Source: an uncultured Phycisphaeraceae bacterium (GTDB taxonomy: Bacteria; Planctomycetota; Phycisphaerae; Phycisphaerales; UBA1924). Taken from it: a stretch of 62,127 bases of DNA. The notes beneath the pieces are model-generated. The model saw nothing but the letters and a program-made list of their open reading frames with translations, did not search any database and had not been told where the DNA came from. Shown here piece after piece: positions 16,166-26,045 of this stretch (position 1 is its first letter; every line of letters starts with the position of its first letter). A program made the translations under genes and the position numbers. The DNA lies in NCBI GenBank assembly GCA_964441555.1, contig CAYTYD010000001.1, forward strand, positions 1-62,127. The letters run 5' to 3'.

Positions 16166-17125
16166 ATGTTGAAGATGAGCACACGAGGCAATCAGAGTGA
16201 GCGGGTGTCGACGATTGGTGGCGATCGATTGTGCACTGGATGCGGGTTCAATCTATTTGGTCAGCCGGTGAGCCGCGATGTGGGGACGGGTTTGATGGTG
16301 TCGCGCTGTCCGGAGTGTGGCGCGGCGGCGGCGTTGCAGGAATATCCGGGACCCTTTCGGGCGCTGAAGTGGATGACAGGAGCGCTGATTGCGCTGTGGC
16401 TGGTGCTGCTTCTGGGCATGGTGGCGGGAACGGTGGGGGTGATGGTGGGATCGGCCACGGCGCTGCGTGAGGTGACGATCGAAGAAACCAGCGTGGAAAT
16501 CGGCAAGCAACACGCCAAGTGGTTCTTGGAAACCAAACAGGAACAGGTCTTGCAGAAGCAGGTGGACGCAGGCACAATGCAGCAAGCAATGAAGCTGCAG
16601 ATCGTGCAGCAGGTGCAGAATGCCGGGTGGGGTTGGTCTCAGGTGACGGATGCGTGGTGGGATGGCGCTGATCAGCGTTCGATGGTGCGCTGGCCGTGGA
16701 CAGGTGGGCGGGAGAACCTGGTGATGTCGGTGTTTGGTGGCGTGATGCTGGTGCTGGGTGTGTGGTGTTGCGGGGTGCTGCTGGCGACTGCAATGCCGGG
16801 AGTGCGTGGCATGAGGCGATTCGTGTTGGCCTTCATCGTGTTTGGAATCGCGTGCGTTGGTTTTGAAATGGTCGTGCTGATGTCGGCGGTGAGGGGGTGG
16901 AAACCGGCGGGGGGATACACGGTGACGCGGGAACTGGCGCATCAACTTGTGCCGCAGATGGCGGGGTTTGCGATGATCTTGGGATTGAGCGCGATCTTGC
17001 TGATCGGAGTGTGGGTGGGGCGGAGCGTGTCGCGATGGGTGATTCGAGGGGTGTTGCCGCCTCGACTGGCAGCACATCTGCATGTGCTGTGGGAGGCGGA
17101 TGGGCTGGTTTTTGCAGGGAAATGA
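16166..17125 (+). CDS. Hypothetical membrane protein with N-terminal zinc-ribbon (CxxCGxNLxG...CPECG)
   Basis: LCTGCGFNLFGQPVSRDVGTGLMVSRCPECGAAA, followed by several TM helices. Confidence 0.65.
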   Translation: MLKMSTRGNQSERVSTIGGDRLCTGCGFNLFGQPVSRDVGTGLMVSRCPECGAAAALQEYPGPFRALKWMTGALIALWLVLLLGMVAGTVGVMVGSATALREVTIEETSVEIGKQHAKWFLETKQEQVLQKQVDAGTMQQAMKLQIVQQVQNAGWGWSQVTDAWWDGADQRSMVRWPWTGGRENLVMSVFGGVMLVLGVWCCGVLLATAMPGVRGMRRFVLAFIVFGIACVGFEMVVLMSAVRGWKPAGGYTVTRELAHQLVPQMAGFAMILGLSAILLIGVWVGRSVSRWVIRGVLPPRLAAHLHVLWEADGLVFAGK

Positions 17126-17130
17126 TGGTG

Positions 17131-17170
17131 GTGGTGCAAAATCCACCACTGAGTGGTGGAAATTACACCA
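17131..17170. repeat. 40-nt imperfect palindromic repeat, copy 1
   Basis: GTGGTGCAAAATCCACCACTGAGTGGTGGAAATTACACCA, 6 nt after the stop at 17125. It matches 18522-18561 at 37 of 40 positions. Confidence 0.8.
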
Positions 17171-17211
17171 TTGGAGGTGGATTGGGCGTGGGACGGCGCC
17201 GATGATTGGGG

Positions 17212-18477
17212 ATGCTGCGGAGACTGATTGAAACAGAATTGAGGGCGACGATCGCATCGTCACCGGTGACGCTGGTACACGGTGCGAGACAAACGGGAAA
17301 GACGACGCTGGTACAGGCGCTGTGCAGCGCGAGCGGCCGGGGCGCTTGGCGATACGTGACGCTAGACGATGCGTTTGCGCGGGATGAGGCGGAGCGCGAT
17401 CCAGATGGGTTTATTGACGGGCTTGGAGATCGAGCGGTCATAGACGAGGTGCAGTTGGTGCCGCGATTGTTTCGATCGATCAAGCGCAATGTGGACAAGA
17501 ACCGGCGACCGGGACGGTTTGTGCTCAGCGGATCAGCGAATGTTCTCGCGTTACCCAAGTTGGGTGATTCGCTGGCGGGCCGTATGCAGATCGTGCGTGT
17601 CTGGCCGATGGCGCAGGTGGAGCTTGATGGATTGGAGAAGGGATGGGTCAACCCGGTGGATGAATGGTTCGGGGCGCGGTTTGATGCCGGAGCACGAGAT
17701 GCTGGAACTCGCGGCAGAGGGGGTGTGGGAAGGCGATCGGTGTGGTCACGGCTGGTGCGAGGCGGATTTCCTGAGCCGGCGCAGATGGCTGTATCGCGGC
17801 GAGGCGGTTGGTTTAATGGGTACCTGTCAACGATGATGCAGCGCGATGTGCGCGAGATCGCGAACATTGAGGGGTTGACAGATGTGCCGCGAATTGTCCA
17901 GATTCTGGCTGCGCGGAGTGGCGGGCTGTTCAACCTGGCGTCGCTATCGCGAGATACGGGGCTTGCGCAAACGACGCTGAAGCGGTATGTCGCCATGCTG
18001 GAGGCGACGTTTCTGGCTGTGCCGCTGTTGCCGTGGCACACCAACGTGGGCCAACGCTTGATGAAGAGCCCGAAGATGCTGCTGGGTGATACGGGCCTGG
18101 CGTGTCACTTGGCGCGGGCAGACGAATCGCGACTGAAACAGGATGATTTGTTGCGGGGCGGAATGCTGGAGACATTTGTGGGATTGGAGCTGATGAAGTT
18201 GGCCGCGGCATCGCGCAGCAAGCCGGGCGTACACCACTTGCGGTCGCTGCGCGGGCAAGAGGTGGACATCGTGCTGGAGGGGCCGGGAGGAAAGCTGGTG
18301 GGGGTGGAAGTCAAGTCGGCGGCGACGGTGACGAGCGACGATTTTCGGGGATTGCGGTGGATGCAGGATGAGGTTGGGGAGAAGTTCGTGCGGGGCGTGG
18401 TGCTGTATGCGGGAGACGAGGTTGTGGTGGGAAACAAGAACACTGTGGCGCTACCGATGGGCTGGTTGTGGAGGTAG
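17212..18477 (+). CDS. AAA-type ATPase with C-terminal DUF4143-like domain (COG1373-like)
   Basis: Walker A GARQTGKTTL, Walker B-like VIDEVQ. The C-terminal part ends ..EVDIVLEG..GGKLVGVEVKS, a PD-(D/E)xK-like motif typical of DUF4143 proteins. Confidence 0.8.
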   Translation: MLRRLIETELRATIASSPVTLVHGARQTGKTTLVQALCSASGRGAWRYVTLDDAFARDEAERDPDGFIDGLGDRAVIDEVQLVPRLFRSIKRNVDKNRRPGRFVLSGSANVLALPKLGDSLAGRMQIVRVWPMAQVELDGLEKGWVNPVDEWFGARFDAGARDAGTRGRGGVGRRSVWSRLVRGGFPEPAQMAVSRRGGWFNGYLSTMMQRDVREIANIEGLTDVPRIVQILAARSGGLFNLASLSRDTGLAQTTLKRYVAMLEATFLAVPLLPWHTNVGQRLMKSPKMLLGDTGLACHLARADESRLKQDDLLRGGMLETFVGLELMKLAAASRSKPGVHHLRSLRGQEVDIVLEGPGGKLVGVEVKSAATVTSDDFRGLRWMQDEVGEKFVRGVVLYAGDEVVVGNKNTVALPMGWLWR

Positions 18478-18521
18478 TAGACGTGTAGAATTTGTGCATT
18501 TTGCAGTGAATGGCGCGTGTT

Positions 18522-18561
18522 GTGGTGTAAAATCCTCCACTGAGTGGTGGAAATTGCACCA
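18522..18561. repeat. 40-nt imperfect palindromic repeat, copy 2
   Basis: GTGGTGTAAAATCCTCCACTGAGTGGTGGAAATTGCACCA, 45 nt after the ATPase stop and 34 nt before the convergent UbiA-family stop. Confidence 0.8.
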
Positions 18562-18594
18562 GTGAACTTGGGACTGTGCTATGACAACTCCGCG

Positions 18595-19548
18595 TCATGA
18601 GCGGGTGGCAAGCATGACCGCCGCGGTGATGAGTGCGAAGACAAGCACGGCGATGCGGAAGGCGTTGTCTTTATACGCCAGTTCGGTGGGGTCGTCATAC
18701 TTGCCGCGTTCCATCTGCACGATGGTGCGAAGGAGGGCGTAGGTGGCGGGAAGCATGGTGAGCCAGAGCAGGTTGAAGCCCCAGCCGGCGTAATGCAAGG
18801 TGCCTTGTTCGGCGCGGGATTGGACATAGCCGGAGTAGGTGACGAGGCAGGCGACGGCGGTGACGACCACGGCCATGCGCAGGAAATCGATGGTGTAGAC
18901 GCCGAGGACGCCGCGAACGCTGGCGGCATTTTCGCCAAGCGAGCGGAGCTCACCGAGGCGCTTGCCCAGGGCCAGGAACATGGAGACAAAGAAGGTGCAG
19001 TTGAGGAGCCACGAGCTCGGCTCGACTCCGGCGGCGGCACAACCACCAAGCACGCGCAGCACAAATCCCAAAGACAGGGAAAGCACATCGAGGATGACCA
19101 AGTGCTTGATACGGATGGAGTAGGCGAGGGTGTTGAAGATATAGACCGCGACGAGGAGCGCGGTCCAGATGCTGCTTTGTGTGGACGCTGTGGCGGCAAG
19201 GTTGATGAAAGCCGCGGCAGGTGCGAGGGCGGCGAGAGCCGCGAGAATGAAGAAGATGAAAGCCAGGGCGATAGCCACACCAGGGGTGACAGCACCACTG
19301 GCGATGGGGCGTTTGGATTTGCGGGGGTGCTGGCGATCGGCCTCGACATCGCGCAGGTCATTGATGATGTAGCAGCCACTGGAGGCCAGGCCGAAAGCAA
19401 GAAATGCGCAGGCCACATTCAGCCACGGGATGTGGGGGTGTTTGCTGGGGTCGGCGAGCGCGTACAGGGGGCCGATGAGGACAAAAACGCCCTTGGCCCA
19501 TTGCGCTGGGCGGGCGAGCTTGATGAGATTGAGCACGAGAGAGGGCAC
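18595..19548 (-). CDS. UbiA-family decaprenyl-phosphate phosphoribosyltransferase-like prenyl-phosphate glycosyl transferase
   Basis: RPAQWAKGVFVLIGPL, YIINDLRDVEADRQHPRKSKRPIASG, GKRLGEL and LLRTIVQMERGKYDDP closely parallel the motifs of mycobacterial Rv3806c-type enzymes. GTG start. Confidence 0.8.
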   Translation of the reverse strand: MPSLVLNLIKLARPAQWAKGVFVLIGPLYALADPSKHPHIPWLNVACAFLAFGLASSGCYIINDLRDVEADRQHPRKSKRPIASGAVTPGVAIALAFIFFILAALAALAPAAAFINLAATASTQSSIWTALLVAVYIFNTLAYSIRIKHLVILDVLSLSLGFVLRVLGGCAAAGVEPSSWLLNCTFFVSMFLALGKRLGELRSLGENAASVRGVLGVYTIDFLRMAVVVTAVACLVTYSGYVQSRAEQGTLHYAGWGFNLLWLTMLPATYALLRTIVQMERGKYDDPTELAYKDNAFRIAVLVFALITAAVMLATRS

Positions 19549-19831
19549 GAAGAGAGGTTATCGACCAAATCTGGGGGGTTCCCGAGTGAATGAATGTTGG
19601 AAGTGTCGCAAGTTTTTTTGTGACAGCGCGATCCGGGCGTGGCAAGTCGTTGAAGGGGGTTGTGAATCTCAACGGGTTTGCACCCCCCGAGGACTGATGG
19701 AGGTCAGCGATCGGGAGTGGTGGGTCTTGCCAAAGTGCGTGTGCACGTGGCCGGGCTGTCGGTGCGCCTGCGGGGTTCTGCCCTTGGGCTTTGCTTGAGG
19801 GATTGTGAGAGATACGGAAAAGGAGAAGGAA

Positions 19832-20674
19832 ATGAAGAAGGCACTTGTGATCGTGGCGCTGGCTGGTGTGGTGAGTGCGGCGTCGGCCGAAGGAATCGTG
19901 GGTTTGACCCTGAATAACGAATTGGTGCGGTTTGAATCGACATCGCCCGCCTCGACCTTTGGCACCGTCGCGGTCAGCGGCTTGCAGAGTGGTGAGCGGC
20001 TCTTGGGCATCGACTTCCGCCCGGCGACAGGTCAATTGTTTGGTTTGGGCAGCAGCAGCCGCCTGTACCAGGTTGACGTGGTGAGCGGCGTGGCCACCCA
20101 GATCGGCAGTGGTCAATTCTCGACGCTGCTCACGGCCAACAACTACGGCTTTGACTTCAACCCCACGGTGGATCGTATTCGCGTGGCGGGGAGCAATGGT
20201 CAGAACCTGCGGCTGAACCCGCTCACGGGTGGCGTGGCGGCGATTGATGGGACGATTGCGTATGCCGCGGGCGATCCGAATGCCAACGTGACTCCATCGG
20301 TGGTGGGGAGTGCGTATACAAACAACGTGAACGGCGCCACGACGACGACGCTGTACAACCTTGATCTGGCCACCGGCGCGCTGGTGACGCAGATTCCGCC
20401 GAACAACGGTGTTCTGAACACGGTTGGCATGATCGGCGTGAGCTTTGACATCAACACCGGATTTGATATTTCCAGTCAGACCGGCGTGGCCTTTGCGTCG
20501 CTGAACGCTGGCGGCTTCACGCGGCTGTACACCATCAACCTGACCACGGGCGCGGCAACGCTGGTGGGCACGGTGGGTGCGGGGCTGAGCGATATTTCGG
20601 TGTTCATCCCGTCGGCACCGTCGGTGGCGGCGCTGGGGTTGGGTGGGGTTGTGGCGCTGCGTCGTCGACGCTGA
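19832..20674 (+). CDS. DUF4394 domain protein with PEP-CTERM-like C-terminal anchor
   Basis: Signal MKKALVIVALAGVVSAASA. GIDFRPATGQLFGLGSSSRLYQVD (DUF4394-like). C-terminus IPSAPSVAALGLGGVVALRRRR. AAGGAGAAGG lies upstream of ATG 19832. Confidence 0.75.
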   Translation: MKKALVIVALAGVVSAASAEGIVGLTLNNELVRFESTSPASTFGTVAVSGLQSGERLLGIDFRPATGQLFGLGSSSRLYQVDVVSGVATQIGSGQFSTLLTANNYGFDFNPTVDRIRVAGSNGQNLRLNPLTGGVAAIDGTIAYAAGDPNANVTPSVVGSAYTNNVNGATTTTLYNLDLATGALVTQIPPNNGVLNTVGMIGVSFDINTGFDISSQTGVAFASLNAGGFTRLYTINLTTGAATLVGTVGAGLSDISVFIPSAPSVAALGLGGVVALRRRR

Positions 20675-20714
20675 TCGGTTCCCACTCGCGAAGGTGGTTT
20701 CTCTCCTATTCGTA

Positions 20715-20757
20715 CGCCGCCCGGTCCTTTTCAAGAGGGTCGGGCGGCGGTGTTTTT
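20715..20757 (+). terminator. Rho-independent terminator after the DUF4394 gene
   Basis: Stem CGCCGCCCGG / TCGGGCGGCG, followed by GTGTTTTT. Confidence 0.55.
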
Positions 20758-20795
20758 GGGGGGCGAGGCGGGAAGAATGGTGCTAGATTGTGGGT

Positions 20796-22418
20796 ATGGC
20801 AGATGAACGTGGGAATGGCGGCGGGGGTGAAATCAGAGTTGAGCGCAACGATGCTCTCCCGGTGCCTGGTTCTCTTCTGCGGAGCGTCCTGGATGGCCTG
20901 GCGTTCGTGTTCTATGTCATCGTGGCGGTGTGGGTTGGCAACGCGCTGGGAGCGGTAGGGCGAGCGGGGTTTGATGCGCTCAACTACCACGTTCCGACGA
21001 TCGCGCGATTTGCTGACCAATTGCCAAAGCCGGATTTGAGAGATTATCTCTCGGCGACGACGCCGGGGTATCACTTGATCATGGCGCTGTTGGGGCTGGT
21101 CACGCCGACGAATGTGGGGGCTGCGGTGATTGGGGTCGTGCTCATTCAGATGGCCGCGACCGGGTTGTATGGGCGAGTGTGGCACATTCGGTCGTGGCTT
21201 GCGGCACATGGAGAGGCCAGATCGAAGGAATCGTCTGTTGGAGTGGCCTGGTTGTGTGGCTTGTGCATCACCGCTCCACTTCTCGCGAGCGTGTATGTCT
21301 TCACCAGTTCGGCGTGGTCGCTGCCGGATAATCTGGCGTGGGCGGGTGTGGTGTTCGTACTGGTCACTTGCCTGAACTTCCGGCAATCAGCAGTGATATA
21401 CCTGTTTGCTGCGGTATCGCTGTTGTTGCTGGTTTTCGTCCGCCAAATCCACCTATGGGCCGCAGCGCCCATCATCGTCGCGGCGTGGATGAGCGCAGGA
21501 ATTCAGAGCGGGTTGCCGGTGCGGCTGGTTGAGACGAGTGATGCGGGGTGGTCATGGCGGGATTTGCTTTTCACGCAACTGGATCGGCGGGTGAAGCGAG
21601 CGGGGATTGCGGTGCTGTGTGTGTTGCCGGCGTTTGCGCTGGTCGGGTACTTCGTGCACTTATGGGGAGGATTGACGCCGCCGACATTTCAGGGTCAGTA
21701 TCCGGTGGACATGAGCAAGCCGCCGTTGTTGCGGCTGATCAACGCGCCTGCCGCGCCGGCGTTCGTGCTTGCATTGTTTGGTGTCTTTGGCTTATTCTTT
21801 GCTGCATGGTGGGGACCAGCGGCGATTCGCGGGCTCACGCGCTCGCGAGGGCGGATGGTGCTTGGCGCGGGGGCGGTGGTGGGGTTGCTCGCGGCGGTAA
21901 TTCCGGCGACGACGTACTCGATGGCTGAGGGGCGCTGGAGCGGCCTGTGGAACATCGCGGCGAAGCTGCCGACGGTGGGGCACACCTCGGTGTTGATCGC
22001 GGGGCTGTCGATGCTGGGCGGGGTGATCGTGGCGGCGATGATGCTGGGGATGAGGGTGAGCCAGGCGGCGGTGCTGGCAACGAGTGTGGCGGGGTTTGTC
22101 GCGGCACAGATGGCGAGCTTCCAACTCTGGCAGCGTTACAACGAGCCGTTTGTGCTCATCATGCTCATCATCTGCTGCGGACCACTGCTGGCGAGCAACG
22201 ATGTGACCGAGCCGCCCCGCCCACTGAGCGCGCGCTGGTGGTGGCGGTTGCGGATCACAGGGCCGCTAGTCCTCTCGTTGCTGCTGGGGGCGGTGACGGT
22301 GAATGAGCTGCGAAAGGCGACGCTACAGCCATATCTGAATCTGCAGCCGGGAGCAGATCGGACCAAAGAGTTTTTGAAGACGGGGGAGATTGACTCCGTG
22401 CCGACATCCGCACCTTGA
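20796..22418 (+). CDS. Large polytopic membrane protein, GT-C-like glycosyltransferase candidate
   Basis: About 12 or more hydrophobic helices. The function call rests only on topology and neighbourhood. Start is ATG 20796 or GTG 20790. Confidence 0.5.
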   Translation: MADERGNGGGGEIRVERNDALPVPGSLLRSVLDGLAFVFYVIVAVWVGNALGAVGRAGFDALNYHVPTIARFADQLPKPDLRDYLSATTPGYHLIMALLGLVTPTNVGAAVIGVVLIQMAATGLYGRVWHIRSWLAAHGEARSKESSVGVAWLCGLCITAPLLASVYVFTSSAWSLPDNLAWAGVVFVLVTCLNFRQSAVIYLFAAVSLLLLVFVRQIHLWAAAPIIVAAWMSAGIQSGLPVRLVETSDAGWSWRDLLFTQLDRRVKRAGIAVLCVLPAFALVGYFVHLWGGLTPPTFQGQYPVDMSKPPLLRLINAPAAPAFVLALFGVFGLFFAAWWGPAAIRGLTRSRGRMVLGAGAVVGLLAAVIPATTYSMAEGRWSGLWNIAAKLPTVGHTSVLIAGLSMLGGVIVAAMMLGMRVSQAAVLATSVAGFVAAQMASFQLWQRYNEPFVLIMLIICCGPLLASNDVTEPPRPLSARWWWRLRITGPLVLSLLLGAVTVNELRKATLQPYLNLQPGADRTKEFLKTGEIDSVPTSAP

Positions 22419-22625
22419 ATCTGGATTGCGTTTGGGGTTTTGTTGCGCATTGGGTGGTCCGCCACATGGCGTGCGCTTGGGTTTGCCCGATCCTGAGCCG
22501 ATAGACGGTGTAGCGACTGCACGGGTCGCCCCCAGAATCGGGGGCTGATTGCCGCGGTTGCGCGAACTGCCCTCTGCGGCGTTCGTACCGTTGCCTCCTC
22601 ACTTGTTCCTTACAGGAATCCGCTC

Positions 22626-23690
22626 ATGGCCACACCTCGCTCCAAAGTCGCCCTCATCACCGGTATCACTGGCCAGGACGGCTCATACCTTGCCGAGTTC
22701 CTCATTGCCAAGGGATATCAGGTTCACGGCATCATCCGCCGCTCTTCGAGTTTCAACACTGGACGCATCGACCACATCTATCTTGATCCGCACATCAAGG
22801 GTGGCAACTTGAAACTGCACTACGGCGATCTGTGTGACTCCAACTCGCTACAGCGCATCCTCGATCAGGCCAACCCCAGCGAGGTCTACAACCTGGGTGC
22901 GCAGTCGCACGTGCGCGTGTCGTTCGACATGCCGATCTACACCGCCGAGACGGTCGCGATGGGCGCACTCAAGCTGCTCGAGGCCGTGCGCGAGCACCAG
23001 CAGCACACCAAGAGTGAGATTCGCTATTACCAGGCATCCAGTTCGGAGCAGTATGGCTTGGTGCAGGAAGTGCCGCAGAAAGAAACGACCCCCTTCTATC
23101 CACGTTCGCCGTATGCGTGTGCCAAGTTGATGGCTCACTGGGCCACTGTGAATTACCGCGAGTCTTACGGCATGCACGCCTCCTGCGGCATCCTGTTTAA
23201 CCATGAATCACCCCGCCGCGGCGAGACGTTTGTGACGCGCAAGATCACCCGCGCTGTGGGTCGCATCAAGATGGGCCTGCAGGACAAGGTGTTCTTGGGC
23301 AACCTCGACAGCAAGCGTGACTGGGGTTTTGCCGGCGACTACGTGAAGATGATGTGGATGATGCTGCAGCAGGAGAAGGCGGATGATTACGTCGTCGCCA
23401 CCGGCCGCACCATCACGGTGCGCGAGTTTGCCGAGATGGCCTTCCGCCACGCTGGTCTGGATTTTCAGAAGCACGTGCAGTTTGACCCGCGCTACCTGCG
23501 TCCGGCCGAGGTCGATCTGCTCTTGGGTGATCCCAGCAAGGCGGAGAAGAAGCTGGGCTGGAAGCCCGAAACCAGCGTCGAGCAGCTCGCGGCGATGATG
23601 GTGGACCACGACACCGAACTGGCTTCGCGAGAGAAGACCCTGCGCGATGCCGGCCACGCCATGCCCGCCTTCGCCGGTCACGATCAGTAA
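22626..23690 (+). CDS. gmd: GDP-mannose 4,6-dehydratase
   Basis: [44 protein letters not shown] and the YACAKL catalytic motif; full length 354 aa. Confidence 0.95.
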   Translation: MATPRSKVALITGITGQDGSYLAEFLIAKGYQVHGIIRRSSSFNTGRIDHIYLDPHIKGGNLKLHYGDLCDSNSLQRILDQANPSEVYNLGAQSHVRVSFDMPIYTAETVAMGALKLLEAVREHQQHTKSEIRYYQASSSEQYGLVQEVPQKETTPFYPRSPYACAKLMAHWATVNYRESYGMHASCGILFNHESPRRGETFVTRKITRAVGRIKMGLQDKVFLGNLDSKRDWGFAGDYVKMMWMMLQQEKADDYVVATGRTITVREFAEMAFRHAGLDFQKHVQFDPRYLRPAEVDLLLGDPSKAEKKLGWKPETSVEQLAAMMVDHDTELASREKTLRDAGHAMPAFAGHDQ

Positions 23691-23758
23691 TTCGATACGC
23701 CAGCAGGCACTTGACGAGCCCGGTAGACTCATTGGTGTTCTGCTGGAGGTGTCACTTG

Positions 23759-24559
23759 ATGACCCGAGTCTCAGCTTGTGTCGCGATCTGTGCCGCGTGC
23801 TCACCCCTGCTTGCCCAAACCGCGTCATTGCGTTGGGAGGTCCGTCCCCCCGGCGGTCAGTGGCAAAGTGGATTCATCGCGACCACTGCGCAGCAGACGC
23901 TGGATGTTCGTCTGGTTGCCTCGTGGGTCGTCCCCGGCGGCACCGGCGTTGCCTCACTCAATCTTGATGCGCTGGTGAAGAACGCGGGGTTTGACGACCA
24001 AGTGCTCAACCCGGTGCGTGTGCCGCCATTCAATTCGCGGCCGCAGACCGTTGCGGTCCGGCGCGTGGCACAGGGAATCAAGATTGATGACAACGCTGAC
24101 CTCAACGAAGCAGGCGTTGGAAACATGTCGCTGATCCTGATGCAGCTTGCCTCTCAGGTCAGCGGCACAAACTACAACACCAGTAACCCGACAACGCTGC
24201 TGACTTTCCAGCTGCAGGTCGGCTCCGAGGCGGGCCTCCGTCGCGTGATGAGCGTGTGGCCTGCGAACGCCGGAAGTGATCCGGTACATCGCAACCTGCG
24301 TGTGTACACCTCCCCTCAGGGGGCCTCCACACAACCCTTTACTCAGCCCTGCGACCTGACCATTTATGTTGGCGGCGGGCCCGGACCCGGACCTTGCTAT
24401 TTCGCAGACTTCAACCGCGACGGCGCGGTGGATTTCTTTGATTACCTGGATTTCGTCGCCGACTTTGCCGCCGCGATGCCCAGCGCCGACACCAACTACG
24501 ACTGCGAGATCGATTTCTTTGACTATCTGGATTTCGTCTCCACTTTCAGCCAGTGTTGA
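23759..24559 (+). CDS. Secreted hypothetical protein with C-terminal Cys-bounded dockerin-like module
   Basis: Signal-like MTRVSACVAICAACSPLLAQ. The last 54 aa are CYFADFNRDGAVDFFDYLDFVADF...TNYDCEIDFFDYLDFVSTFSQC-stop. Confidence 0.8.
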   Translation: MTRVSACVAICAACSPLLAQTASLRWEVRPPGGQWQSGFIATTAQQTLDVRLVASWVVPGGTGVASLNLDALVKNAGFDDQVLNPVRVPPFNSRPQTVAVRRVAQGIKIDDNADLNEAGVGNMSLILMQLASQVSGTNYNTSNPTTLLTFQLQVGSEAGLRRVMSVWPANAGSDPVHRNLRVYTSPQGASTQPFTQPCDLTIYVGGGPGPGPCYFADFNRDGAVDFFDYLDFVADFAAAMPSADTNYDCEIDFFDYLDFVSTFSQC

Positions 24560-24591
24560 ACCGTCTCGCCACTCACGCTGCGAGAACAGTG

Positions 24592-25779
24592 TTACGGGAA
24601 CAGTGGCACGAGCTTGCCAAAGAGGCCTTGGGTTTCCTGCTCTGGGCCAGCCGCGAAATAGAGGTGATTCTTGTACCCAAGGGTCTCGCCATTGCCCCAG
24701 GTGAGGCCCCAAAGGCCATCGAGCTCGATGGGGTTGCCCTGCTGATCGCGCAGGGTGTCGACATAGGCCCCGGATTCGAGGTTGTAGGCGAGAATGCGTC
24801 CATCGCCGAAGTTGCCGACCAGGAGGTGGTTGGAAAGGGCGCCAAAGTCCTTTGGTGCAATGGCAAAACCCCAAGGCGCATTCAGTTGAATGGAGTGCTG
24901 CAGGGAACGGATGAGGCGGCCTTCTTCATCAAAGACAGAGAGATATCCGTAACCGGGGTAGGCCTCGGCATCGCCGGGTTCGTTGGCGATGCGGGCCCAC
25001 GCGGCATAGATCTTGCCTTCGTGCCACCAGAGATTGAAGATCGCGTAGCCATCGCCGACGGCGGGGTCCTTGAAGTCGCCAGCGGGGGTGACTGGCTTCC
25101 ACTCGCCATCGAACACGTCAACGCTCGGGGAGTTCATGCAGCAGGCGTAAATGCGGCTGCCCTTGGTGTGTTCGGAGACGGCGAGCCCGGTGTACATGCG
25201 GCCTTCTGCGCCACGATCGATGACTTTGACACCCTTTTCCTGACCGTTTGTCCAGCCATAGACGGTGCCATCGAGAGCGACGAAGATGAACCTGCTGGAG
25301 CCCTTCACTTTGCCATCGTCAACCGAGTACTCGGTGCTGGCAAAGCCGCTGTAGACCATGCCGGTTGGCTGCGAGAACGTCTCGTTGTTCTCATGTAACT
25401 TGCCGACGGGAAGGTGAACGACTTCAAGTTCATCCTGTCCGAAGGGGTGCCCAGGTGCGTCGCCGATGTAGGTGGTGGTGGTGCCGGTGCCGGTGTTGGT
25501 GATCCACCAGTGGCCGCCTTTGCCGGGGGGGCGGATGGCGATCCCCCAGGCATCGACCATGAGCTCGTCGACAATCAGCGGCTTGTCGGATTCGCGAGTG
25601 GAGACCAGCGGCACCATGACGTACGCGTTGCGATAGTCTTTCCGCGCCGGCAATTCGGGCTGCACCCAGCGGCGATCACGCACTTCCAACGGATCAGGAA
25701 TCTTGTACACCTGCGCCTTCACGGGCTCAACACAGGCAACGCACGCGCTCAGTACACCGATGATGCTCAGGGCTTTCAT
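24592..25779 (-). CDS. Secreted beta-propeller-like protein (TIGR03118-like)
   Basis: Signal MKALSIIGVLSACVACVEPVKA. The motif DAWGIAIRPPGKGGHWWITNTGTGTTTTY resembles the TIGR03118 family pattern WG.a....FWv.n.gtg.st.Y. Confidence 0.6.
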   Translation of the reverse strand: MKALSIIGVLSACVACVEPVKAQVYKIPDPLEVRDRRWVQPELPARKDYRNAYVMVPLVSTRESDKPLIVDELMVDAWGIAIRPPGKGGHWWITNTGTGTTTTYIGDAPGHPFGQDELEVVHLPVGKLHENNETFSQPTGMVYSGFASTEYSVDDGKVKGSSRFIFVALDGTVYGWTNGQEKGVKVIDRGAEGRMYTGLAVSEHTKGSRIYACCMNSPSVDVFDGEWKPVTPAGDFKDPAVGDGYAIFNLWWHEGKIYAAWARIANEPGDAEAYPGYGYLSVFDEEGRLIRSLQHSIQLNAPWGFAIAPKDFGALSNHLLVGNFGDGRILAYNLESGAYVDTLRDQQGNPIELDGLWGLTWGNGETLGYKNHLYFAAGPEQETQGLFGKLVPLFP

Positions 25780-26045
25780 GGAGAGAACCTAGCAAGCGAT
25801 TGTGATGGCATCATCCAGACACCGTGAACACACCATGAAGACCTTGTGAAGCACATGGTTTGAGGGAGAACCCTGCCGACCTCAACCTTCGCACGGTCTT
25901 GAATCGCCGCTAACACATCCGCCCTCCGAAGTGGATTCACTCTGTCCAACTGAAGTGGCATCTCGAGGCGCGGGTTCTGGTGGACCTTCGCATTCAAGAT
26001 CGCGCCAGGTTCCGGTTCACACAGTTGGACCCACGGAGATTGAAA

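Noticed and set aside
22419-22625. Hairpin GCCCCC-AGAATC-GGGGGC upstream of gmd as a regulatory element or terminator
   Set aside because: It is a short 6-bp stem with no U-tract and no repeat elsewhere in the window. This is not distinguishable from chance in GC-rich DNA.
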